A stretch of 60,940 bases of DNA, filler included, from Porpidia crustulata (GCA_964255105.1; 11 parts of 11 records of this genome joined end to end with filler, not necessarily neighbours in it); one strand, 5' to 3'; positions 36,801-50,587 are shown, numbered from the whole stretch's first letter. Program-made: numbers and translations. Notes: a model not told the origin generated them from the sequence alone.

Positions 36801-38243
36801 ATCACTTGGGCAAACATGTTGCATTGTAGCAACTTACCAGCAGTAAGTATACGGGATACGAAGTCGACTCGCCATCCCGGGCGCCCACATCAGACTGACG
36901 GGTTCTAGGCCAAGGCTTCGTTCCCTGAATCTATTGATGACATCTCCGAGTCCTTGCCAAGTGATCATTTCAACTAGAGCGTACGAAATGAAATTCGTCA
37001 AATTAGCTTCAGCGTTAGATGAGTGAATGTTGGTCAGTGGGTGTGGAAATGCTTGCGTGGGTGACCATGGCATACTGAAGGTTCTCATTAGTGATCTCTC
37101 ATGTGAAGTCAGGTTCTGGAAGATCCTACGTGAACATAAGGTGTAAGGGTATTCCCAGCTTCTCGGCACAGTGAACGTGAGCAAAGCTCGGTGGATTCGC
37201 AATAATAGCATCGGCTACGAACGGCCTTGCAGAGAGCTCGCCGTTGTGGATGGGTACGTTACTGGGGCTGAATTGGTTATCGACGTTCTGGTCCGAAGCT
37301 TTGATACCAGTCCCATCACCAACTTCAATGCAAGATCTCCAACACCCCTGAACGATCTCGTAAATGCCCTTACGACGTTTGCCTGTGTCTCCATTGCGTA
37401 GAGTGTCCATACCTGGCATGAGGCCAGGATTCTTAACCATGAAAGCCATAAGCTCAGCAGGATCCCCACTGATACTAAAGAACTCCAGACCATTTTCTTC
37501 AACAAATCCTCGGAAAACCGGATGAGTCGCCAGTCGGACACGATGCCCGTAGGTAGTCTTGAGAACTTTACCTAGAGCTATGAAGGGCTGTACATCGCCT
37601 CGCGACCCCACCACATGAATTACAATGTTCATGGGCGGAGGGGGGGCTCCACCCGGTGGCCCAATAAGAGTAGGAGGTACATAGCCTGAAGGTGGAACCA
37701 ATGGCTGTTCCTCATGGTGCAGATTAAGCTGACTTCGCAGAGCAGGCACCAGCAGATTTGACAGTTTACGAGACTTCTGGTGAATATCAATATCCACCCG
37801 GCCGTCGCCTAAGGGCCATCAGCATTGTACGATCTCTAAACCCCAGTTTTTTCTTACTCGCGACTCTCGCCTCGGTATTGAATCCATCTTGACTAAAGCC
37901 GATCTGACCATAAGTCTCGCCATATGCTGGTGATGGAACGTCTTCAATTGGGGACTCGCCCGCAGGTCGAGGAAAAGTCGGGGTCTCAGTATTCATGGCA
38001 TTAGAATTTGTAGAAGTTCTGCGATAGGCGATGTCAGCTTATGACTTTTATGTCTGCTTTGGGGGACCTTTGGAGTCAATCACTCGGCACACACAGATCG
38101 CTATTTCCTGCAGCCGATGATAACGCATACCCCTTCTCTGGTTGCATATGGTTGCGATTCACAATATAAGGAGCCTTTGGATCTACTTGATTGTTTGCTG
38201 CAGCAGCTTCTGCATGAGCGATTATTGCCGGCGGAAGCTCCAT
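33820..38243 (-). CDS. Family-1 glycosyltransferase (sterol 3-beta-glucosyltransferase-like, no PH/GRAM) with C-terminal UIM-like repeats
   Basis: VVGSRGDVQPF, HRVRLATH, IIANPPSFAHVHCAEKLGIP, MPWSPT, YIGFGSIV, PHDWLF, HHGGAGT, PFFGDQPFWG; multi-exon; start codon approximate. Confidence 0.88.
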
Positions 38244-41200
38244 GGTGGCTTGGGAATCCTCATAGATAGGGGTATGCGAGGAATGAACTGACACTGTTGG
38301 CTTGTACACTATGAAAATTCGCAGATATGACTAAACAGTGAATGGAATACGTGATGGATCGCAAGCAGTGAAAGAAGCCCTACAACATACTACACAACAG
38401 TCAAACTATTTAATGGGAAAGACGCCAAAGGTTGTGTTGCAGTGTCAGGGCTTGAGTAACTTAAGTAGCACTATCGTAAGGTAGGGGAACAGACATCCCA
38501 TTCCGCTCATGAGTCGTGGGATTTGATAGATATCGCTGTATCTATTCAAAATTCTGATTCCGATTTCGGAATCTAGCGAACTTGGCGGGGGTAGATAACG
38601 CGCAAATTGGCCTCAAAATACCTAGAGTACACTATCTGAATTGGCCCCGGCTTCAATTATGAAGCTGCCTAGGTACTTGAATTCTTTTCACAATGATCGT
38701 CGGACATACGTCCCTAGACCTTCATCTGTGCCGTTCCCCCACAAAACGAGATTACTCGTTATCACCCCCCAACGGTCGGCACCCCCCTACGGTCCGCGCT
38801 AATACNNNNNNNNNNNNNNNNNNNNNNNNNNNNNNNNNNNNNNNNNNNNTTAATTAATTAANNNNNNNNNNNNNNNNNNNNNNNNNNNNNNNNNNNNNNN
38901 NNNNNGCACGGAAGGCGGAGCGGCGGGGCGGGGGTGTTTCGATTGGAGAAAACGCGGAAGCGAGCGGAATTGGCGCCAGAACACGTGAGCGGCGTCTCGC
39001 TACCATTTCTGACCGATACTTTGCCTCAACAAATTAAACTCTGGTACGAATTTCTGATTCAACCTGCCGCTCAGTACGTGAATCGTATTGAACCACGTGC
39101 ATAGTCACGAATACAGCAGCTCGCGATGGATGTACCAAACCTATCTGACCTCGAACGCTTTTTTCCCCGTTCACTCAACGTAGCAGTCCAAACATTTCAG
39201 CAAGACATGATGATACTCTTTGCGTCTTGAACAAATCCCTTGACATTGGGTTGTATCATTGTTTTGTCTTTGAAATTTGGATTACAGGGTCCTGGACAAA
39301 CATGATCTAAGTGTTAAAGCATAATTAAAACCTCCTTTATGTATTAAACTTCTTCGAACATGATATAGAACCGTTCTCATTACGTTGTTTTGTATCCATA
39401 TCCCCAATACTCACCCTTGATATTCTTCGAACCGTATTGGGAGATAGCCTTGAAGGTGATACTTTCTGTCAGCGCACGCACCTACGATGATAGGGGAAAT
39501 TGTTGAAATCTCACAGTCTAGATGAGAACATGATACTGTGGCAGAGATGAGAAAGCACTACAGTATGCAGGCCTCTACAGCTAGACCCATTGATCAACAT
39601 TCAAGCTTGGTTTATTTATGTTTTGTTGAATCTCCATCGTCTATCAACACAAGACTAGGATGGATATAGGGAGTGAAGGTTTTCATAGGTCATTGACTCG
39701 ACCGCATTTGTTCTTCAGCTCAGCTAGTTTCAAGAATATTCACACAGGCAATGACATGCATTTCGACACAGGCTTACAGATATCCGGACGAGCGCAGAGC
39801 AACACCGGTAAATGGCCTCTAAATACTGGCTCATTGTCTCTGGGTATCCGCCATACGAAGCTGGACAGCCGTTATCTGAGGCCAGACAGCTGTTTATTTA
39901 TTCTCAATCGTATATGAAGAATACCTTTTCCCCGATATGAATTACAAACACAAAACGTCTCCCGACACCATTTTCAGGAAACTATCCTTGGGTGACTACA
40001 TAAAAAAAGCATTCCAAAAGTCCCCAGAGCCTTAATATATAGCTCTCCTCTACTCGGCTATCTCTTGAATCCTTGGTATTAGGACGTTCAAAACTTCAAA
40101 TCGATCCGAGAGGCAAACAAATCCAAAACCATCATACTCGGCCATAGCAAGAGTTCGAAGGTCCTCAAGCCGACATACAATCGGACCTCCTCGCGACATC
40201 TGTGCCTAATCGCCCCCAAAAGCTGCCTCACACATCACGTCTTCTCCCCAGCAGGAACTGTCGCCGCCATCAACTATTGCATCTGCTCGGCAAGAGCCCT
40301 CTCCACCAACAACCCCACCAAACCGGCCTCCCTTGCAAGCGCTCACGTCGGCTGCAAGAGGACGCCCCGATCCTTGTACTCCACGTACTCCTCGAAACCC
40401 TCAGCCCACAGCCCCACTTTCCACAACCCGAAATACCCGCTCGAAACGCAAGATAGTCGAGCTTGACGCCACGGCCCTGGATGTATTCGAACGAAACAGA
40501 CGAAATCAGAGTCCGACGAAAGGTAAGGGCAGGAGGACCGTCGCGGAGGTGGAAATACAGCGTGCAAGGCACCACACGATGACCCAGGAGTTTATGAGGG
40601 CGGTCAGCGAGCGAGAGGAAAGGATCTTGGAGGCTAGAAGGGCGGGGGAGGCCATGGCAGAACAAACCATGACGGAAGACAGCATAACGGATGATGGGGA
40701 AAGTGCCGCTCCTCTTGAGGATAATAGCGAGTAGGAAGATTTTGGATCCGCTGATGGCGAAAAGGGATTGGAAAGGAGAGAATCAAGTCCACAAAATCAT
40801 GGTAAACGTTGTTGATTTAAAATTCCTTAGAGCACACTTAAATAAAAGTAGCAGATTGTAGTATTGCAAACATTGTATGAAGGCTATGTGTTGAGAATTC
40901 TCCAAAAATTCTGTCTTCTTTTGGTGAAACTAACCAAGCCCGAGCTGTAGGAACTGAGTCGGCCATCGTTGCGATGAAAGGGGTTTCGCAACGCTGATGT
41001 CGTAGAAATGTAAACTCGAGTAGCACACTTCATGTCATGTAATGAGTAATTATGACTGACCTCTCGAATTCTTGATCAAAGTACCTGTCAAAATCTGGGC
41101 TGTAAAGCTCCGTGATTCTTACTTGATCCTTGACTCACACTAGTCACCTGCATACTGTCGCCGGAGTCATTGTCAACCTCTTCTGCCCTCGCCTGTGACG

Positions 41201-41482
41201 GACTTCCGTCACAGAGGTCAGAGCGAGATACAGTACTTGTGTTAAATAGCCGAACAATGGGAGAAAATCCAGAAAAGTGAATATGTTCAACACCCCGATT
41301 AAGGACACGCAAATGACTCATCGTTTCAAAGTCGATGTTTCAGCCATCCAGGGGTATTTAAGCGTGGCCCTCCTATCCTCTTTCTGTAAATTTCACGCCC
41401 CAAGACTTGAGCCCGACCGTGCCAGCAAAAGGAAACGAAGAAAACAGCTTGAGAAACTTGACCCAAAAATCCGCTTGAAAAT

Positions 41483-41680
41483 ATGTGTTCCAACCGAGAA
41501 GCAGCAGCCGGCCAAACAGGCACCCGCAAAGCTGCCACTGACATCACGTCCGCCATAATCGCAGACAAGGGAGATATCATCTGCTGTCGCTGCAGTAGAG
41601 TGCTAAACTCGGCCAATAGCTCTTACACCGTGCAGTGTCGCTGTGGCCACATGCGCTGCAACATATGCACTGTCAAATAG
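41483..41680 (+). CDS. Putative small Cys-rich zinc-binding protein (or last exon of one)
   Basis: C-terminus IICCRC-x14-CRCGHMRCNICTVK directly before the stop. Confidence 0.4.
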   Translation: MCSNREAAAGQTGTRKAATDITSAIIADKGDIICCRCSRVLNSANSSYTVQCRCGHMRCNICTVK

Positions 41681-42392
41681 TTCCGATAACTGAGGCCGTC
41701 TAGAATGTACAGCCCGAGAAAGGGGGGAGCTGGACGTAGTGTTTAGACGACGCAAAGCAACATAATATTTATAGGATAGAAGAGCAATAGAGTATCAGGC
41801 GTCATGGAATAGTGTTTTTGCATAGACGGCCATTTTGATCGCGTCCAAGAGCTGGAAAAGCTATTTCACAGTGACTAAGAATTATTGGTGACTCACCTAA
41901 AGCAATTAATTCGTAGATGATCAGTCAAATAGTAGACCATCTGTAGATACATTGCCAGATTAAAAAGTAGTGCTGGAGGCGAAGAAATGGCATGACTCAA
42001 TACAGGACAGCTGCCATGAGTTGAGGCACTAAATAGAAAGGCTGGCGAATCTGGACTAAGATTGAGGGACAAGCTATTTCATAGCAAATACGTTGACAGT
42101 GCTTCAAATTCGGTTTACAACGAGGCTCGTTTCAAGATCATCTTAATGGAGATTCGCTTTAATACATATCAATATTGACGAAAAAAGCATCGCTGCGATG
42201 TTCGGGGAACTTCCGCGGTTGATCCCGAGAGGGCACAGGCTGACACGCCACACCATCGCTACACTAGAAGATTCGTCGTCAAGCCTCACCAAACCTCCGG
42301 CATGTGATTAGAGCCTCTTGAGCAATGCAAGTATCTTCGTTAAAACGTGCTGCGACGGTCATTGTAGCTTCGAGCCTACGTCTTTCCACCTA

Positions 42393-44347
42393 ATGAGCCA
42401 CTACATCTCTTCGTTCCTCATCGAACCTGTCATAAGACAAGCACGCCGCTTCTCACGCCCGGGAAACGGCAGTCAGTCTCCACCTGCCACCGGTTTGAGA
42501 GTCTCACATAGAGATCCCCACACACAACGACAAGAAGAACATGACTTCGGAGAAGCGGCGATTGTGGAGGAAGAGCAGGATATCTTCGTACCTGGCACAA
42601 ATACCCAGGCCTCTGCCAGAATAATCTCTGACGAGCCTCAAGTGGAGTCGCCGGCTTCAGAGGTCAATGTCAATGGGCTGGAGACAGAATTACAAGCCTG
42701 GAGAGCCAGTCAAGGGGTGGAGACCCCCTTATGGCTCACAGAAGAGGATTCAGAAGATGGTGGTTCTAGAGCATCAGCAGCTAGAAATCCAATTGTCCGA
42801 GATAATACATCGAATAATCCACTTCATGGAATACCTGATGGCTTGAGATCTCATCCCTCGTCTTTCAGTAGCTCGCTGCGTTCTGTTGCAGATGCTGGTA
42901 TGAGCAGTGGTGGGGAATCTGGGCATCCCTCAGCGCTTCGTCGACAGGATACGGCAGGAAGTACAGGCAGCTATGTCGTTCGCAATGCAGATGGTTCTCT
43001 CCCGGCAGACGACGGAATGGGTTATTTGCGTCGAAGAATCATCGCAATCCAGCGTACTGAATCATCAAATGCCGAGAAAGCACGACTTGTCCATAGTCTC
43101 ATGACGGAACAGTACAATTCGTCCCTACCGAATCTAAGTCGTCGCTCTGGCTCGCCAGCAAGTATGGTCAGCCATGACCGACCGATGACGCCAGCGTCCA
43201 CCCATTCCATAGATAGCAGAGCTCGGAATACATCAAATCCTTTATCAACCTCACCACTCGCTAATGCGATTACTTCCTTCGATCTCACATACGAGGATCT
43301 TCAGCCAACATATTTCCAGAGAGGACCTTTTTCTCACAACAAAACTGGCGCTCAGGGGCATCCGTCCCACCAACAGGCAGAGTCTTCACGGTTTGACGAC
43401 GACGGTATTGCTCTTGGATGCCCACACTACAAGCGGAATATTAAATTACAATGTTCTGCTTGCGATCGGTGGTATACATGCCGCTTTTGTCATGACCAAG
43501 TTGAAGACCATTCGTTGAACCGGCGCGAAACCAAGAATATGCTCTGTATGCTCTGCGGCTGCGCTCAGCCTGCAGCAGAAGCGTGCCGAGAATGTGCTAT
43601 TCCTGGGGCACGATACTATTGTAGCGTTTGCAAATTGTGGGATAATGATTCCGAGAAAAGCATATATCACTGTGATGATTGCGGCATTTGTCGAGTCGGT
43701 CAAGGGCTTGGAAAAGATTTTTATCATTGTAAGGTATGTTGCTTTTGCTACATACTGACATATATAATTCAGCTAATTTTGATAAAGACATGTTGTGTAT
43801 GCCTATCGATTTCCATCCGAGATACCCATCGCTGCATCGAGCGCTCCACGGACTGTGACTGCCCCATATGCGGTGAATACATGTTCACTTCGCCCCAAAC
43901 CGTTGTATTCATGCGCTGCGGCCATAGTATCCATCATCTCTGCTACTATGAGCATATGAAAAATTCGTATCGATGCCCGATTTGCAGTAGAAGCATCGTG
44001 AACATGGAAATGCAATTTAGACATCTAGAAAGATCCATCGATAACCAGCCCATGCCCGTCGAGTTCCAAGACACTAAGGCCTGGGTCTATTGCAACGACT
44101 GTAGTGCAAAAACGCTGGTCAAATACCACTGGCTTGGTCTGAAATGTGCCGTGTGAGTCTACATTCGCACTCCCGCCCATTTCCAGTCACACCACTGACC
44201 TCCGCTTAGTTGCGACTCCTACAACACAGCTCAAATCCAGATCCTCAGCGGCGCAGTCTCGGAATCAATCCCCCCCGAAATCCTAGATGGCCCTCCAGGC
44301 ACCGACAACGCTACATCGCTATCCAGAACACCCTCCCGCGGCAGGGC
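42393..44347 (+). CDS. CHY + CTCHY + RING-H2 + zinc-ribbon E3 ligase (Pirh2/RCHY1-like); 3' truncated
   Basis: GCPHYKRNIKLQCSAC, CRFCHD, YHCDDCGICRVG, HRCIER, CPICGE..CGHSIHHLC..CPICSRS, YCNDC..YHWLGLKCAV-CDSYNT. Introns 43734-43787 and 44153-44209. Confidence 0.94.
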
Positions 44348-44447
44348 NNNNNNNNNNNNNNNNNNNNNNNNNNNNNNNNNNNNNNNNNNNNTTAATTAAT
44401 TAANNNNNNNNNNNNNNNNNNNNNNNNNNNNNNNNNNNNNNNNNNNN

Positions 44448-47400
44448 CTCGAGCTTCGGCTCCTTGGTCAACGGATTATTGCACAGATCGATGGTGCGCG
44501 CCCCCTCGAGCTCCGCGTCGCTGCACCACGTCTCGCACCAGAGCCAGTTCTGCGGCAGGCTGTGGATCGGGATCGCCGCCTGCATGTGGTTGGGCAGGTC
44601 CTGGTCGAGGTTCGACAGACTGGCCGGGTCGGCCGAGAGCTGATGATACTGCTGGCGCAGGCGGTCGCCGGCGGCGAGGCGGCGGAAGGCGCGCAGGTCG
44701 ACGACGTAGAGGGCGGAGATGTGGTAGGGCAAGCCGCGCAGGAAGGATTTCCAGTAGCCTTGCTTCCAGAAGCGGAAGCCTTCCATTTCGGTGCGGGAGT
44801 CGCACATCGGGGTGAAGCCATAGGGGGCGCCGTGCAGGTCGTGCTGCACGAGGTCGTACATTTCGGTGCGCACAATCTGGTCGGCGTCGACGAAGATGAC
44901 TTTTTCGAGGTTAAGGGGGAAGAGGACGTCGAGGAAGAGGATTTTGTAGCCCCAGATCTCGCGCTGCTTTTCCTTTTGGGCGCGCAGCCAGTGCGGCCAT
45001 TTGTAGGTGACGAGGGCGTAGTCGAATTTGTAGTGTGCCGCGAGGTGGGGGAGGGAGGCTTTGAAGGAGGGGGAAAGGAATTGCTCGATAAACCAGAATT
45101 TCACGGTGTGCGAGGTGTGGCGCATCACGCTGACCATCATAATGTTGAGCATACGCTCATATAGGTGGCCGGACGCTACGGAGAAGATGTTGATGTCTGC
45201 GTTCTTGGGCGGTTGCGGGCCGGCGAGACCGACGGTAGAGAGAAAGGAGGAAGTGAATTTGGAAGCTTTATTGAGGTAGTCGAGAGGGGAGCCAGGGTTG
45301 ATGCTTTCTTCAAGGACGTCTTCTGTCTCTTGACCGGACTTGCGAGAGAGGCGGGGGTAAAGGGTTTTGCCTTGGAAGGACATGAGTGCAATCTCGGTGC
45401 TTTCGTCGCCAGGTTGCGGGCTATAACCTTTTTGGCCGGCGCTGTCGATATGGAAAATCTGCTCGCTGCGGCCGGGTTGGAGCTGGATCTTCCAATAGCC
45501 AGGGTTGGCCTTGAATTGGAAGTAGCCGAGATTAGCCATGATGATTGTGTCGGCAAAGTGAGGGTCTTTCTCCGTTCCAAGAAGGAGCTGTACACCACGC
45601 GGAGGCGAGCCAGAGCCGGTAGTGACATCTCTGGAGTGCCCCTCGATTATGATACGCTCCAGCTCATAAATGGCATCGACACTAAGACCTTCCTTCAATG
45701 TGCTGAGCTTGATGTTGTCAAGGTCGTGAATAGACTCCTTTGGCGCAACCAGCCATGCAGGAGGAACATCGAGTGCCAAATTGAGTAGAGCTTCTTTCGG
45801 CAAACCTTCAAAGCTTGCCTTGAGATCACGGAGACTACCATCTTCATCGAAAGATGGTTTCGCATCAAGAATGTGACGATAGAATCTCTTGATGGGGAGC
45901 TCCTGCACTTTTTCCTTTGGGTTAAGGAACATCTTCAGATGCACCCCACTCAAGGCGGAAAGCACTTTGAGCATAGGTATCCATCGCTGAGCAATCTCAC
46001 TGGTAGGATCTATCGAAGCGACCAGATGAATCGACGCGGTTTCCGAATCACCAGTGGATATTGCTGTGTAGATACTCTCCCACTGATTGAATGCTATCAT
46101 CCGCAGAGCGGAGGCGGACTCGAAGATTCCTTCTGGCACGTCAGATACCGTGGACAATGCAACTAGCGACGATAATGCAGCAGCTTCCAAATTTGTTCTT
46201 ATTCGATTCTCGAATCCTAGAGCGGCAAGGGCTGTTGCTGCTGGTGTCAGGCGCTTTGAGCGCTCATATTTGAGCAAGGCCTCAAAGTCACCGGACTCAA
46301 AGGTGGCATATCCAGGTATTGGCCCAACTAATCGACCATTCAAGAGGAGACCGTTTTCACCAGGTTGAAGGCCTACTGTATTAACTAAAGGCTGCACAGC
46401 TTGCCAGAAGTCATTCGATATCTCAGCATCTTCTTGAGAATCCCCAGCATCGTCGTCATTTTGAGATCCTCTTAGGATAGTCTGCAACGTAGCCACACTG
46501 GCTTCTTGATTTGAACCCTGAGCCGCGTTTTTGCCGAACATTTTCGAAAGTACATGAGAGGTCTTGGGTGATGTGTTTGGCGCAGCATTATGCAGGAGCA
46601 CTAATTCGACGTCCGGCTGTTTGCTGCTAAAACCAACAGCCTCTTTAGCGAAGTTGTATCCGTCATTTGTATCCAGGTCTGCAATCACTAGTAATTGCAC
46701 AAGAAATTCGGTTGATTCATTTTCTCCTGATGAAAACGATAGCTTCTTGAGTATATGGCCATGGGTTTCCGAAAGCATTCCAATATCGATGATTTTGATA
46801 CTAGTCTCATCTTCAGGGACCACAAAAGGGTTCCGATAAGAAGGAGCTTTCTCTAGAAATCTACCAGCCAGCCAGCTATCCTCGGGTATAGTCTCCTCGT
46901 AGACTTCTCGCTGTATCATTCGAAGGTCATTGTCAATTTTCGAACTCATCGCTTGGAGCCATCCCTCATCACGGGGCACTATAGCCCCGTTGACGAAGAG
47001 CAAAGGAGCCTTTCCATCGGCTCCCAGTCGCTTCATATAGTTCTGGGATGCCTGTATCAGGGATTGGGAACTCTCTACCTCAAGCACCGACTGGAGTGGC
47101 AACGTCTCTCGATCCTTGCGTAGCGTTCGGTCTTTGATCGTGGCATCGATCACAGCGCTGTTAATACTTGAGACCTTCTTGGACTTAAGACACTACATTG
47201 GAGTGTTAGATTGACCTGATTTAGAATTGCAGGTTGGAGCGCTTACCCCTTCAAGATACGCGAAGACAGCCCCAAGACCGTACGTATCATGTAGATAGTG
47301 CACCATTAAAGCTTGATCCGTAGAAGCTTTAGAATGGACTACCGGAACTATGCCGAAGCGGATTGGTACTTTGCGTTTGACGAAAGCCTGCAGCGATTCC

Positions 47401-49016
47401 ACAAGAAGTTCCACATCTTTGATGTCGGCAAAGTCAAGAGGAATCACTACATTGTGTATATCGCGCCTAACTGTAGGTAGCTGGCCTGGATATGTGCGTT
47501 GAAGGAGCTTCGACAATATTTTAGTCAGGATTGACTGTACAGGAAGCTGTCAACCTACTGCAGAAGAATGTGTTGGCCAGCCTTCATATCTTTTGTCCTT
47601 TTCGATGTCGTTTAGCCAAACAATCACTTTTCCTCCCTCAACAGTGTCTCGATAATCGTACCGCTGAGCCTCGCTCTGGGATTTGCTCGCCGCGATAGAC
47701 GGTTGGGATAGTATCTCGACGGCTTCTAATCCAGTGAAGCCGAGCTTTCGCATATTACTAATAATATTACGCTCACGTCGTAATTGCTCTAATAACGCAA
47801 AAGCGTCCATCTGCCTAGCTTCGATCTGCATGCCATTCATCCATATGATATTAAACCCAGGGGGCAAAAGAATATCCCGATTCCTACGGTGCTCTCCTAC
47901 GAAATCGGCTGAGGTATTTCGCTTAGCAATAGCTGAGGAATGCTTCGGAAAATCTTGAGATAGCTTGAGTAAAGTATCGAATGGATCCTCACTTGCCATC
48001 ACAAAACTTGCAGTCTTGAGTCCAAGACCTAGTACATCCTTAGAAGACAAGGGCTTAAGATCCGCTAGCTCCTCCGTATCTAAATCATCAAGTTGCTCCT
48101 TAGTCGACACAGTTCCGGACGCCTCAATTGCGGTTCCACCTGCTCCCGCCTCCCTGTCATCAATTACGATGTAGTCCGTCCTTTTCAGTGCAAGCTCAAT
48201 ACCATATCCGTTGACCACAAGGGGTTTATTTGAAGCGGAGAGGGAGGGTCGGTACCGGAGGCGGTAAGATGTTTGGCCGCTCTTGGCAGTCTTACTTATG
48301 GTCTGATGAAATTGCCCGAAAAGGGGGGACATTATGTCGGCGTAAAGAATCGATGAAGGAGACTGAGAGCTTTTGCCCAATATCCGATCGAAAGGCAGGA
48401 AAACAGATGTCCTTCGATAGGGTCAGCAGTGGAGATTACCGCGGAAGAAAGTGGACGTACTTGGGTCCCACGACGTCCTGCTGAGCTCTATCTAAGGCAG
48501 GTGAGCAATACTGCTTGCCATCAAAGTGTACCCATAGTGGACAGGCCGCATCCTGCGCTACCATCAATGATGCCCCTACCGAAGTGTCGTAGTATTGATA
48601 ATGAGCCTCGATCCGAGGCGCTGCAGAGTGTATTGAAAGAGCGAATTGGAGGGAAGAAAGTGAGTCCGGGTGTGTGATATGGCCATCATCTTGTACGACT
48701 TGTAAGAAATTCTTGTAGAGCTCTAGGTCTGAATTGCAATCCGCAAATCGTCCTTCTGCTATTCTGTCAAGTAGGGGAAAGTATGAGGTCGAGTTCTCTT
48801 CCGCTGCAGTTTCTCTATTGAACTTTAGCCTCCATGCCCTAGATGCGCTGGAATTCTGGTAGTCACCAACAGCAGCTCCAGAAGGTAGGGAGGGGAGTTG
48901 AAAGATGCCTGCAAAGCAACGTTGATAGCAGGACTGGCTGAAGCCTTTACGCTATTCAGCGCGCTGTAGAAAAGTACCACATGCACCAACTCCCACGGTA
49001 AAATGGTCAGTAACAT
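44448..49016 (-). CDS. KRE5: UDP-glucose:glycoprotein glucosyltransferase (UGGT, GT24); 3' truncated
   Basis: Signal peptide; GYGIELALKRTDYIVIDDR; INIFSVASGHLYER; WGYKILFLDVLFP; FVDADQ; LSNLDQDLPN; WLWCETWC; IDLCNNPLTKEPKL. Confidence 0.96.
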
Positions 49017-49980
49017 GATTATGATATTGAAACCTCCTCTTCATTAAGACTTGTAGAATAATCCACGCATCTGTCAGAATTGTATTGGACGCTATCAAAA
49101 GGCAAGCTGAAGCTCTAAATTCATTAGGAAACGTTTCTTGTAATATTTTATCATCCCAGTAATGAACAAAACGAAATTCTAGCTGTCGAGACCGTTTGAT
49201 AGAGAAGTAGAGGCCACATGTTTCTAGCTGTACGCGCTTCCATCCATGCCGCGCTAGCGTCCGCCATAGATGGACCCCCCCACCATCTCCCCTTCAATCT
49301 TCTCCAATTCCCCCACGTACACGACGAAATGCTGCACTAGCTACATGCGAAGGAACTTGTCAAATATCTCTCATGGCATTGACACAGAAGACAGATACAT
49401 GGCAAGAGTGCATTGAGATTTACCCGAAAGGAAGTGTTTCTATCCCATCTTGACACTCTTAGGTAGCTTGGCAGCTACAAGCACTTTCATATGACAATAA
49501 GGTAGCATCTATCGCCGCAATACTCTCAATCCTATCTTGCCAATCATCGAAAAGCACAAGCGCGATGATCTTGCCATCCTTGGCGAGCTCAAATCGTGGT
49601 CCACCGAAAAGCTTAGGGAGTGGAACAGTCCACTTGAGTATGAGTTGAATTAGACAGGCAGTTCAGCAAGTATGAGAGCCGCACAGGTTTGAAAGGATCT
49701 AAGTTATAAGCTCAGAGCCAACTTACCATAGAATTACTCAGCGTTCATCAAGATCAATCCAAGCTTCAAATGGACCTCTAAGTGGCGTCCCATTTATTAT
49801 CAATTCTCCATCGCGCTTCAGCCTTCGTGCTTGGCAACACCCCCTATCCAATTCATAGCATCAAAAAGATCATTTATATGNNNNNNNNNNNNNNNNNNNN
49901 NNNNNNNNNNNNNNNNNNNNNNNNTTAATTAATTAANNNNNNNNNNNNNNNNNNNNNNNNNNNNNNNNNNNNNNNNNNNN

Positions 49981-50587
49981 CTCCACCCTCGGCGGCCTCC
50001 AACCCCGGCAGCTCCTCACCCAAATCCTCAACTTCGCCCTCGTCCTCTCAACTGCCTTCATGCTCTGGAAAGGCCTCTCAGTCATCACGGACTCGCCGTC
50101 ACCGATCGTTGTTGTGCTGTCGGGGAGCATGGAGCCGGCGTTCCAACGTGGGGACCTACTATTCCTATGGAACCGCGGGCAGGACACGCAGATCGGGGAG
50201 GTGGTGGTGTACAACGTGCGGGGCAAGGACATTCCCATTGTGCATCGGGTGGTGAGGAGGTTTGGGGGAGGGTGAGTTTTCATGGGAGCTTTCCTTGCGG
50301 ATTTGGGCTTTGGTGGTTGTGCGCGCGTTCATGTGAGCTAATGGTTTGGTGCGCGCAGGGGAAATCCGCTGCGGCTACTGACGAAGGGGGACAATAATTT
50401 GGCGGATGATACGGAATTGTATGCGAGGGGACAGGATTACTTGGAGAGATCGACAGATATTATCGGCAGTGTTGTTGGATATATTCCATTTGTGGGCTAC
50501 GTGACAATTTTGCTGTCGGAACATCCATGGTTGAAGACGGTTCTGCTAGGTCTCATGGGAGTTATGGTTGTACTGCAAAGAGAATAG
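49981..50587 (+). CDS. SEC11: Signal peptidase complex catalytic subunit; 5' end cut by contig start
   Basis: [36 protein letters not shown]; intron 50272-50358; ends VVLQRE*. Confidence 0.96.

Noticed and set aside
44468..45788. Long overlapping and antisense ORFs over UGGT (also over the SDR and pepsin-like genes)
   Set aside because: Shadow ORFs caused by high GC3 of the real gene.
49314..49319. TACGTG (UPRE-2-like) upstream of UGGT
   Set aside because: A single hexamer; plausible but indistinguishable from chance.
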